Positions 26,563 to 35,463 of a stretch of DNA of 50,462 nt are shown here, in pieces. The notes under the pieces are model-generated. The model worked only from the letters and a program-made list of their open reading frames with translations, did not search any database and was not told the DNA's origin. The translations under genes and the position numbers were made by a program. Each line of letters begins with the position of its first letter. The stretch's first letter is position 1. The stretch comes from Gemmatimonadaceae bacterium (lineage in GTDB: Bacteria; Gemmatimonadota; Gemmatimonadetes; Gemmatimonadales; Gemmatimonadaceae), in NCBI GenBank assembly GCA_044224875.1, contig JBGAJQ010000038.1, positions 1 to 50,462 of the forward strand, given 5' to 3'.

Positions 26563-28860
26563 ATGACAGCTAGACCACCATGGCGGCTCGCGGGAGTGTG
26601 CGCACTGGCGATCGCGGCCAGTCTATCGTGCGCGCCCGTCGACAAGGGTGCCGCAACATTCGTCGGTTCCGAGAAGTGCGAGTCCTGTCATCGGGCGCAG
26701 TACGAGTTGTGGCGTGGTTCGCAGCACGCCGTGGCAATGCAGGAAGCGCGTCCCGAGACTGTACTCGGCGACTTCAACAACGCGAGTTTCGTTCAGCAAG
26801 GCCTGACCTCGCGCTTTGTTCGTCGCGGCCAACAGTTCGTCGTGAATACGGAGGGACCAGACGGCGCCACGCACGACTTTGAGGTGCGCTACACGTTTGG
26901 CGTCTATCCGTTGCAGCAGTACCTCGTGGCTTTTCCTGGAGGCCGGCTGCAACCCTCGACGCTCGCGTGGGACGCGCGTCCGAAGTCAGAGGGCGGGCAG
27001 GGCTGGTTCTCGCTCGATGCGGAAGCTCAGCGCGGTGTCATCGACGAGTTGCACTGGACGGGGCGTGGCCTGAACTGGAACTACATGTGCGCCGACTGCC
27101 ACTCCACCGCGGTGCGCAAGGGGTATGCGATCGACGCTGACACCTTTCACACCACGTTCAGCGAGGTGAGCATCGGGTGCGAGGCCTGCCATGGTCCGGG
27201 CTCGAGGCACGTGGCTTGGGGGTCCAGGTCCGCGTTGTTTCGACGCGTGTGGAAGTCGACAGACCTGCCCGCCGTGTTGCATGATCGAGCTGGTACGCAT
27301 TGGGCCATCGATTCCGTAACCGGAAATGCCCGCCGCAACACCCCCCGCGCGGCCGACACGGAGATCGGTGTGTGCGCGCAGTGTCATTCGCGTCGTTCGC
27401 ACATCGCCGACGGATATACCGCTGGGGCGCGGTTCTTCGACTTCTATGATCCGTTCCCTCTGCTTCCAGACTTCTATTTTCCGGACGGCCAGCAAAAGGA
27501 CGAGGTGTACGACTACGCCTCATTCCTCCAGAGCCGCATGTACTCTGCGGGGGTGACGTGCGCCGACTGCCACGATCCGCACACGCAGAAGCTTCGATTG
27601 CCTGGTAACGCGGTTTGCGGGCAGTGCCATCGTGCTGCCAAGTACGACGACTCCACGCACCACCACCACCAACCCGGAAGTGCTGGTGCCTCGTGTGCAT
27701 CCTGCCATATGCCGACCACGAGGTATATGGAGATCGATGCCCGGCACGATCACAGCATTCGCGTCCCGCGTCCGGATCGTACGGTGTCGATGGGCGTCCC
27801 TAACGCCTGCACCCAGTGCCATGCGCAGCGTTCGGCGGCCTGGGCTGCCGAACAAGTCCGCGCTTGGTATCCGACCGTGGTGCCGGGATTCCAGCGCTTC
27901 GCCGAGGTCTTTGACGCCAGTGACCGTGGCGTCGTGGGTGGAGTGGATTCACTCATGGCCATCATCAGCGACGCCACATGGCCGGCCGTGGTGCGGGCGT
28001 CGGCGCTGGCGCGCATCGGCGCGTATTCGTCTCCGCTTGTTCGGCAGGCGGCAGCGGTTGGTGCTCGCGATCCCAATCCGATGGTGCGACGTTGGGCGCT
28101 GGATGCCCTTCGCGGGGTGGCTCCTGCGGAACGCGTCGGAATCGCGGCTACGCTGTTGACCGATTCGACGAGGATGGTGCGTCAGGTCGCGGCCTCGCAA
28201 CTGGCCGCGGTGGCCGATTCGCTCCTGGATCCCGCCCAGCGTCGTGCGTTTGACCTGGCGGCTGGCGAGTTTGTGGCCAGCCAGCGCTACAATGCCGACC
28301 GCGCAGAGAATCGCACCACGCTGGGTGTGTACTACATCGAGCGGGGTCAGACCGACTCAGCGGTGGTGCAGTTCCGTGCCGCGGTGGTCCAGTGGCCCAC
28401 ATTCGCCGACGGGTATGTCAACCTGGCTGGCGCGCTGAGCCTGCGCCGGGACGAAGGCCACGCGGATTCGGTGTTGCGCGCCGGTCTCGTCCTGCTGCCT
28501 AACGAAGCGCGCCTTCATCATGCACTGGGACTATCCCTTGCTCGGCAGGGGCACCTGTCGGAGGCCACGGCCTCGCTTGCCAAGGCCAGCCAGCTCTCGG
28601 GCGGCGATCCCGCCTATGCCTATCCCTACGCGGTCGTGCTGAACGGGACCGGCCGCCGCCGCGAGGCCATTGGCGTATTGTTGAAGGCCTTGCAGCTGTC
28701 GCCTGGCGATCGCGACCTCCTGTTTGCCCTGACCACCATGTATCGCGACCTCGGCGATTCCACGGCGGCTCGCCGCTACGCCGCCGAACTCGCAAAATAC
28801 TTCCCGAACGATGCTCAGGCGCGTGCCCTCCAATCGGCATTGGGAGCCTCGGCTCGCTGA
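26563..28860 (+). CDS. Multiheme (8 x CxxCH) cytochrome c lipoprotein with HEAT and TPR repeats
   Basis: CESCH, CADCH, CEACH, CAQCH, CADCH, CGQCH, CASCH, CTQCH; lipobox LSC; C-terminal TPR-like helices. Confidence 0.9.
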   Translation: MTARPPWRLAGVCALAIAASLSCAPVDKGAATFVGSEKCESCHRAQYELWRGSQHAVAMQEARPETVLGDFNNASFVQQGLTSRFVRRGQQFVVNTEGPDGATHDFEVRYTFGVYPLQQYLVAFPGGRLQPSTLAWDARPKSEGGQGWFSLDAEAQRGVIDELHWTGRGLNWNYMCADCHSTAVRKGYAIDADTFHTTFSEVSIGCEACHGPGSRHVAWGSRSALFRRVWKSTDLPAVLHDRAGTHWAIDSVTGNARRNTPRAADTEIGVCAQCHSRRSHIADGYTAGARFFDFYDPFPLLPDFYFPDGQQKDEVYDYASFLQSRMYSAGVTCADCHDPHTQKLRLPGNAVCGQCHRAAKYDDSTHHHHQPGSAGASCASCHMPTTRYMEIDARHDHSIRVPRPDRTVSMGVPNACTQCHAQRSAAWAAEQVRAWYPTVVPGFQRFAEVFDASDRGVVGGVDSLMAIISDATWPAVVRASALARIGAYSSPLVRQAAAVGARDPNPMVRRWALDALRGVAPAERVGIAATLLTDSTRMVRQVAASQLAAVADSLLDPAQRRAFDLAAGEFVASQRYNADRAENRTTLGVYYIERGQTDSAVVQFRAAVVQWPTFADGYVNLAGALSLRRDEGHADSVLRAGLVLLPNEARLHHALGLSLARQGHLSEATASLAKASQLSGGDPAYAYPYAVVLNGTGRRREAIGVLLKALQLSPGDRDLLFALTTMYRDLGDSTAARRYAAELAKYFPNDAQARALQSALGASAR

Positions 28861-28931
28861 GCGTTCACCGTGACGATTGGCGGGGCACGCTGACATCGCT
28901 GCACCGCGAGCAGAGGCACCGACGCTTCCAG

Positions 28932-29516
28932 CTACAGGCGATACTCCGCTACACCCGTCAGGAACATCTGCACCGCGATTGCCACAAGGATCATCCCCAT
29001 CAAGCGTTCGATGGCGATCATTCCGCGATTTCCGAGCACCGCGCGCAACCGACTTCCGGCGAGCAGGATAAGCGCGGTGGCCAGCCATGCCCCCGTGAGC
29101 GCGCCCAGCCACAACGTCCATCTCGTCGGATCACGGTTCATGAGCAGCAGCTCTGTTGCAAGGAGCGAGGGGCCGGCGACGTAGGGGATGGCGAGTGGAA
29201 CGATGAATGGCTCTCCTTCGATGGTCTCGGCCATTCCGCCGCTCGGTGGCGGAAAAACCATGCGAACGGCAATGAGGAACAGAATGACCCCGCCCGCGAT
29301 CGTGAGCGCGGGGCCAGAAATTCCCAATATGGCCAGGACCGGACGGCCGGCGAACAAGAACGCGACCATGACGCCGTACGCAATGAGCAGTTCACGTACC
29401 ACCACTCGCGTGTGCCTCGCCGGATCCACCGGGGCTAGCGCCGCCAGGAAGAACGGGATGTTGCTCAACGGATCCATGACCAGGAACAGCAACAGGAACG
29501 CTGAGGCAAGGCTCAT
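28932..29516 (-). CDS. MarC/NAAT family membrane protein
   Basis: VMDPLSNIPFF, IAGGVILF, VPLAIPYVAGP, ERLMGMIL. Confidence 0.92.
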   Translation of the reverse strand: MSLASAFLLLFLVMDPLSNIPFFLAALAPVDPARHTRVVVRELLIAYGVMVAFLFAGRPVLAILGISGPALTIAGGVILFLIAVRMVFPPPSGGMAETIEGEPFIVPLAIPYVAGPSLLATELLLMNRDPTRWTLWLGALTGAWLATALILLAGSRLRAVLGNRGMIAIERLMGMILVAIAVQMFLTGVAEYRL

Positions 29517-29920
29517 GAGGTCTCCAGTACGTTGTGTCGGTCCGATCGGTACCGGAAAATCGGACCTAACGCGCAATCAAACGGTCGCCGCCACGCCCTG
29601 ACTTCAGCGGCAATGTCCATCAAGGAAGAGAAGAACGGCACCGTACAGGACGACGTCTTTTCCGCGGTCCAGGGGTCTCAGGTACACCTGCTAGTGCGCG
29701 TCAACGGCGTCCGTGCGAGCGACAACGGAATCCAACGCATACGACAGACGTCCTGAAAATAGCGACCGGACTCGCTTGTATCAGCGGCCGCTCGCCGCGC
29801 GCCCCTCGGGCGCGGCTGCAACTCGCGAGCGACGCGCCGCGTTGCCGAGGCTCTGGCGCGCGGACGATGCCGCGGTTAGTCCTTGAGGAGGCCACCCTTT
29901 CCATTCCACCGTGTACCGAT

Positions 29921-30727
29921 ATGCCGACACCGCGTCTCGATTCCCTGGACATGACGGTCCCTGCAGTCGATGGCATCCTGCTCAAGGGGACGCTGACCTA
30001 TCCGAAAGCAGGCGCCGGCAAGCGTTCACCGCTCGCGGTGTTGGCACACCAGTATCCGGCGACCCGCGACAGCTTTGCGCCGCTCGTGGCGGACCTTCTC
30101 TCGTTAGGCTGGGCCACCCTTGCGTTTGACGTGCGCGGACACGGCGAGTCGGTCCGCGTGGCCACGGCGGCTGGCGTGGGATTGCGCGTGATCGATGCGC
30201 CGCGAGGCTTGACTGGCCAGGACTTTGCCGATGGCTTCATTGGGAGTATCGGGAAGGTCGGTTTCGCGAACATCAGTGACGACATCGTCCGTGTCGCTGG
30301 CTGGGGTGCTTCGCAGAACTTCATTGACGGGACTCGCATTCTCCTGTGTGGGGCGAGTGTAGGTGGTACCGGGGTGCTGCTGGCCGCCCCGCGCTTGTCG
30401 GCCGGGCTCGCCGGCGTCGTGACCTTCGGCGCCGCTGGGGCCTTGGCCCACGGAGAGACGGCGCCGGCGCAAATTCGACAAAACTGCGTTTCGGCGCTTG
30501 CACCGCACTTGCTGACGTCGTCCCTGGGTGACGCGTTCGACGGCGCAGCAAACGTCCGCACTTGGAGTGAAGGGACCGCGAACGTTACGCCGCTCATTGT
30601 CCCCGGGGATGGCCACGCGATGGCGATCTACTTTCAGGTGCGCGCCGCCGTGACTGCCTTCGCACGGCGCTGCATCAAGCCTGCAGGGAAGGCTAAGCGA
30701 GCCGCCGGGGCAAAGCGACGCAGGTGA
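29921..30727 (+). CDS. Alpha/beta-fold hydrolase
   Basis: FDVRGHGES, nucleophile elbow GASVG, candidate catalytic His in GDGHA; start uncertain. Confidence 0.8.
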   Translation: MPTPRLDSLDMTVPAVDGILLKGTLTYPKAGAGKRSPLAVLAHQYPATRDSFAPLVADLLSLGWATLAFDVRGHGESVRVATAAGVGLRVIDAPRGLTGQDFADGFIGSIGKVGFANISDDIVRVAGWGASQNFIDGTRILLCGASVGGTGVLLAAPRLSAGLAGVVTFGAAGALAHGETAPAQIRQNCVSALAPHLLTSSLGDAFDGAANVRTWSEGTANVTPLIVPGDGHAMAIYFQVRAAVTAFARRCIKPAGKAKRAAGAKRRR

Positions 30728-30734
30728 TTCGCGG

Positions 30735-31817
30735 CTAACGACCTGCCGAGCGCCGGACGGCGAAGAGAGAATCCCACGCCGTCAGCGCGGCCTTGGGTCG
30801 CAGGTCCGCGTCCACGAAACCAAGATGGGCGAAGAGCGGAAGAATCGATCCCGGCGGCTGTGGCGGAAACCTTGCGAGGTCAAGGTCGGTGAACGACAGC
30901 TGCAACCACGCGATCGCCCCCGCCGCCTCCAACAGCTCTGACTGCCGCCGTACGTAGCGCGCTTGGATCTCGGGAGACGAGTTGAGGGATCCCACGGACA
31001 CCGACGTCCATCCGCCCTCCACCACCATGCATGGGATGGTCCGCCCGTTCAGCAATCGGCGGTAGTAGTCGAGTGGGATCTCGGTGGGATCGGCGTACGC
31101 GAAGTACGGATAGGAGGAAAGACCCAGCGTGGTCATCCACGAGAAGTCCGCGAAGTCCTGCTCCACGCCGAGGTACTGCGACGTGCCTCCCAGTCGGCCC
31201 CAGGCCGCATCGGCCTGCACACTCACGTACAAGGGGAGGTCGGGCGACGTGGACCGCACTTCAGTGGCAGCCGCGCGCGTCATCGTGACCACGGCATCAT
31301 ACACGGCACGCGGAGCAGCAAGACGAATCAGGTTCGTCTCGGCGGCTAGCCCCAGATAGTCCGGATGCAGTAGGGACACCACCGCACTCACGTACTGTCG
31401 ATAGAGCGTTTGAACGGCGGGTTCGCCAATGCTGCGCTTCAGCTCCACCAGCTCGGGTGCCTCGGCTGCCCGATTCAAGCCGTCGGTGACGTCGATCGTG
31501 ACGAATAGCTTCAGTCCTTTGCCACGATAGAACCCCGCCAGCGAAACACCATCCGCCTGCAATGCCGCCTGGGGCGTGATTCCTGAGAGCATAGCCTTCC
31601 ACGGCGGACTCAGATGCATGATCGCCGCGTCTGCGCGCCCGGCCCACATTTGGATCGCCTGAACGGCCTGATTCTGATCGGGGCGCGGCGGAAAACCTGA
31701 GAAGCCCATCCGATACAAGCGCGTGCCCGCTGGGTTTGGCGAGGATGCTTCCTTCGACGTGCACGATATCACGGCGGCGGCGACAAGAATGGCTGGATGC
31801 AGGTGACGGGATGCCAT
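30735..31817 (-). CDS. Hypothetical lipoprotein, probable glycoside hydrolase TIM barrel
   Basis: Lipobox ISC; AETN, SSYPY and VVEGGW resemble clan GH-A catalytic segments. Confidence 0.65.
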   Translation of the reverse strand: MASRHLHPAILVAAAVISCTSKEASSPNPAGTRLYRMGFSGFPPRPDQNQAVQAIQMWAGRADAAIMHLSPPWKAMLSGITPQAALQADGVSLAGFYRGKGLKLFVTIDVTDGLNRAAEAPELVELKRSIGEPAVQTLYRQYVSAVVSLLHPDYLGLAAETNLIRLAAPRAVYDAVVTMTRAAATEVRSTSPDLPLYVSVQADAAWGRLGGTSQYLGVEQDFADFSWMTTLGLSSYPYFAYADPTEIPLDYYRRLLNGRTIPCMVVEGGWTSVSVGSLNSSPEIQARYVRRQSELLEAAGAIAWLQLSFTDLDLARFPPQPPGSILPLFAHLGFVDADLRPKAALTAWDSLFAVRRSAGR

Positions 31818-31970
31818 GAATCGGTCGAGGGGTGTGTCCTCAAGACGTGCGAGCAGCGTTTGGGGTTCCACGCCCCGGCGGTGATGAGGCCGACGACGGA
31901 CATCCCGGCGTCCCCATGGAGAGACACTAGTCTTGCGATGCGCGCGCAAGCAGCGAGAGCGCGCTTGCAT

Positions 31971-32014
31971 CACAACAACTTAGCCGCATCCCCGACGCAG
32001 GCACGCCTCGTGCC
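31971..32014 (+). promoter_or_regulatory. Candidate sigma-54 promoter with IHF-like site
   Basis: AGGCACGCCTCGTGC (GG-N10-GC at 32000-32013); CAACAACTTA upstream. Confidence 0.45.
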
Positions 32015-32075
32015 ACCGGAGGGAATACGCGCCGCGCACTCATAAGCAGCGCGAGACTCGAACGGGAGAGGCAGC

Positions 32076-32528
32076 ATGCGTACTACTTCGTTGATCGCAA
32101 CATCAGTCACCCTGCTTTCGGCGGTGTTCGCCCCACTGGCGGCACAGCGTGCGGACACGACGACTCGGGCCAATGTACGAGGCATTTTGGAAGCGATCGA
32201 TCGCAACGACGCTGGCCTCTGGTCCGACGGACGCGACGATGACCGCGAACGGTCCCGTGTGGTGATTGGCCGGAATCAGGACTCTTGGGGTGATCGCGAC
32301 GACCGACGCAGTCGCGCCGAGCGTGATCGAGAGCTGGCGCGCTGGCGACGCGACCGAGAGCGAGCAGTGAAGGCGTGCGAGCGCGATCTATGGAGACGCG
32401 TTCACGATGAGGACCGATGGGATCGTCGCGAGCGGGATAACCGAAGTGTGAAGGAGCGGATCCATCGCTACTGCGAGCGACGCGTGTGGGAACGGAATCC
32501 GCGCATTTCCGACCGGTATAATTGGTAA
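32076..32528 (+). CDS. Secreted Arg/Asp-rich hypothetical protein
   Basis: Clear signal peptide; GGAGAGG upstream; highly charged body with two CER motifs. Confidence 0.7.
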   Translation: MRTTSLIATSVTLLSAVFAPLAAQRADTTTRANVRGILEAIDRNDAGLWSDGRDDDRERSRVVIGRNQDSWGDRDDRRSRAERDRELARWRRDRERAVKACERDLWRRVHDEDRWDRRERDNRSVKERIHRYCERRVWERNPRISDRYNW

Positions 32529-32651
32529 GCCATTCGACGGGAGGGGCCATCGAGCCTCTCCCGTCACTGCATACCGCGACGCATGATTCGGGCGTCACTC
32601 GATTCGCCTTCGAGTGACGCCCGTTTCTTTCACGCTTACCCTCGCGACGGT

Positions 32652-33101
32652 ATGACCGCTCCAGCCTCAGTTCGTGAGTACGAAGTTCGAGCCCAATCCA
32701 CCGGTACGTTCGGTCGGGTCCTGTGCAATGCCCGCCAGCATCACTTCGTGGTCGACGGTCCTGTCCAGAATGGCTGTCCGGGCGAGGAACTGACCCCAGC
32801 CGAGCTGTTCATGTCGGCGGTTGCGTCATGTGGCGTGGAACTCGTTCAGGTTATCGCGAAGGACCAATCGATTCCTGTGCGACAGATATCGGCCAGGGTC
32901 TGGGCAATGATGGATCGGGCAAAACAAGCGCGGGCGGATGTCACGTTGTTCAATACCGTGCGCCTGGAGTTTGAACTGGCGGGGGCGAATGCTGCCGACG
33001 CCGCGGCGCTGGTCGAAGGATTCAAGCGGCGTTGACCGCTTTACGGCACGGTCGCGGTCGCGACCGCAGACGTGACAGTCGACGTTCGGGTGGTGCCCTA
33101 G
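32652..33101 (+). CDS. OsmC/Ohr-family protein, probable selenoprotein (UGA-Sec at 33033-33035)
   Basis: DGP..NG, TPAELF..AVASC; the frame continues past TGA as PLYGTVAVATADVTVDVRVVP to TAG 33099-33101; SECIS-like hairpin follows the TGA. Confidence 0.85.
33047..33074 (+). promoter_or_regulatory. Bacterial SECIS-like hairpin
   Basis: CGGTCGC-GGTC-GCGACCG (33049-33066); loop starts with GGU 20 nt after the UGA. Confidence 0.75.
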
Positions 33102-33712
33102 ACGCTATCATGCGGGCGATCGGCGGCGGCGCGATCCACCTCCGCTTGCCGCCGACCGGCTTCGTTCCAGTCCACCGTTGGAGCCACCCCCTCATCATCC
33201 AACAGCAGTGAATCGAGGGCGCGCTGAACCACAGGTGCGCCCAGCTCGTCGGGGAGGGCGCGTCCGAAGTCCAGTTCGGCACGACGACACAGGCGCTCCT
33301 CACGTGCCCGATCGCGGCCTTCTCGTCGCACACCCATTTGGTCGACGCGGGCGTGAACGCCTTCGTGCAGAATGGAGGACGCGACCGGGGCTGCCGTGAT
33401 GTCGCGGCGCGCGAGAAACGTCAACTCGGTGACACACGCGCGCGCATCGGGAATGTACGCTCCGCGACATGGAAACCGCACCACACGAACATGGTCCAGG
33501 TCCCGTTGCAAGTGACGGAGACGCCACGGCTGGTACCGTTCGATCAGCGCCAGCGCCTCGTCCAGGCGCTCCAGGACGTCCGTCGTGTCGATGTCGGCCC
33601 TCGTGTTCTCGACCACGACGGTCAGGCCGCGCAGTTCGTACACCTGCGGCGCAGCCGAGGCCTCCTCTTTCTCGCTCATTCCCATGAATGCCTTCAGAAA
33701 GCGTTGCAGCAC
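33098..33712 (-). CDS. Hypothetical protein with HExxH (zincin-like) motif
   Basis: ILHEGVHA with downstream EERLC; GGGAG upstream of the GTG. Confidence 0.7.
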   Translation of the reverse strand: MLQRFLKAFMGMSEKEEASAAPQVYELRGLTVVVENTRADIDTTDVLERLDEALALIERYQPWRLRHLQRDLDHVRVVRFPCRGAYIPDARACVTELTFLARRDITAAPVASSILHEGVHARVDQMGVRREGRDRAREERLCRRAELDFGRALPDELGAPVVQRALDSLLLDDEGVAPTVDWNEAGRRQAEVDRAAADRPHDSV

Positions 33713-33727
33713 GCCGACTCCCGTTGC

Positions 33728-35041
33728 CTATCGAACCAGCAGGATGCGCTGGTTCACGGGATACACCCACTCGACGCCGCGGTTCGTCACCACGGCGTCA
33801 TCCTCGAGCGGGATCCGCACCTTCTTTCCCCCCCACGCGTCGGCTGGGACCCAAGCGAACAGCTCGATCGAGAACAGATTGGAGGGGCGGATCTCGAAAT
33901 TGAGTCTCGTCGGATTGAAGAAGGCGATCGATGGCCCGATGCCGTGGCCCCAGTCGCCCACTGAGTGACAGCCAATGAAGAATTCCGTGGTCGAGTCCGC
34001 GGTGATCTTGTTGAATGCGGCTGCCTTCCGAAACCCCGCCCGCGTGATCTCTGCTTCCAGGAGCTGCAACGCCTGAGCCGCCGTGGTTCCCGGCTTGAGC
34101 GTGCGATGGATGACACGGCGAATCTTGAGGGCTTCATCGAAGGCCCGCTGCAGCCAGTGCGGAGCCGCCGTCTCTCCTTCCTTGAGTATGTAGGCGATTC
34201 GCTTTTGATCGGTCCACATGTTGAGGTAGCCGACACCGTAGTCGATCATCACCACGTCGCCTCGCTGGATCACTCGGTCGTTCGATGTTGCCTCGATCCC
34301 CTCGGGCCCCGTGACGTACACGGATGGCACCTCGAACGAGGTACCGAGGCCGTTCGTTAGCATCTGGTCCTGAAGCCACCAGGCAACGTCGGCGAGTGTT
34401 GTCTTGCCTGGCACGATGACCTCACTGGACAGCGCGCGCTCCAGGAGCTGGCGTCCCAATTCACCGGCATCGCCAAAGGCCACGATTTCCGAGGCGACCC
34501 GGCGGGAACTGAAGTCGGATACCAGCTTTTCGGCGCTCACGATACGTCGCGCGAATTCGGCGCCCAAGGTCTTGGTGACGTGTGTGTACAGGGTGTACGT
34601 GAGACCATCGGCCCGGCCGATCTCCTCGGACATGTTCAACGCGATCTTTCGCGGGTTGCGGGCGCGGACAAAGGCGAGCAAGTCGGGGTCGCCGTCGGGA
34701 ATGTCGTAGGCGCCACACGCTTCGCGGAAGTGATCCTCGATGCCTAACGCGGCACGCTCGATATGGTCGCCGCGGTCGGTGAAGACGTAGTACCCGATGC
34801 TGCCAACGTAACCGCCGCCCAACAGGGCCCACTGCGGATCGTAGTTGCCCTCTTTCATCGGAACCAGCCACATATCGATCCCGTTCTCGCGCATCGCTTC
34901 GGGAAGGATGTAGTCGAACTTCTCTTTCCGGATCTGGCACAATCGATCCCAGCGCAGCTTCGCCTCGTTTCGGGCCTGCGCGTCCGCGTTTGGGGCGATC
35001 GCCAGAAGGGCGGTAAGCGTGATCAGCGGCAGGTAACGCAT
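33728..35041 (-). CDS. Secreted M24 family metallopeptidase (aminopeptidase P-like)
   Basis: IDYG, WTDQKR, HSVG..GH, SIE and LEDD metal ligands; signal peptide. Confidence 0.88.
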   Translation of the reverse strand: MRYLPLITLTALLAIAPNADAQARNEAKLRWDRLCQIRKEKFDYILPEAMRENGIDMWLVPMKEGNYDPQWALLGGGYVGSIGYYVFTDRGDHIERAALGIEDHFREACGAYDIPDGDPDLLAFVRARNPRKIALNMSEEIGRADGLTYTLYTHVTKTLGAEFARRIVSAEKLVSDFSSRRVASEIVAFGDAGELGRQLLERALSSEVIVPGKTTLADVAWWLQDQMLTNGLGTSFEVPSVYVTGPEGIEATSNDRVIQRGDVVMIDYGVGYLNMWTDQKRIAYILKEGETAAPHWLQRAFDEALKIRRVIHRTLKPGTTAAQALQLLEAEITRAGFRKAAAFNKITADSTTEFFIGCHSVGDWGHGIGPSIAFFNPTRLNFEIRPSNLFSIELFAWVPADAWGGKKVRIPLEDDAVVTNRGVEWVYPVNQRILLVR

Positions 35042-35463
35042 GAGATTGCGGGGACGAAGGTAGTGCCGTTCTCGCAGGCGGAATGCGAGTAGGCAGTGGA
35101 ATGCGTCGTTGGTGGAGGCGAGCAGGCGGCCACCGACCGCACGTTGCTCGTTCTCCGCGAGTCCGATCCGGTGGGGGCTGGACCCATTCTATGTTGTCGC
35201 GCACGAGTCAGCGAGCGACCACACCCAAGCGGGCGTCGCATACGAGCAGTCAAGCCAGCGACCGTGGTGATGCGAATATGCAGGCGCTGCGAGCTGGTGA
35301 CCTCAACGCTGCGAATGTCGCGCGGACGCGGCGAGCCTGTGATCCGTGCAATGCGAAATCACGACGGGACGGCGACGCCGTCACGACGCCATTGCCAGAG
35401 CCACTGCGACACGCCAACGTTTGGAACGGCCGCAGTTTCCCACGCAAATCTCCGAGTAGCCCT

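Noticed and set aside
29517..29920. Small ORFs in the marC-hydrolase gap and in 35042-35463
   Set aside because: No convincing SD, codon bias or motif; treated as divergent promoter regions.
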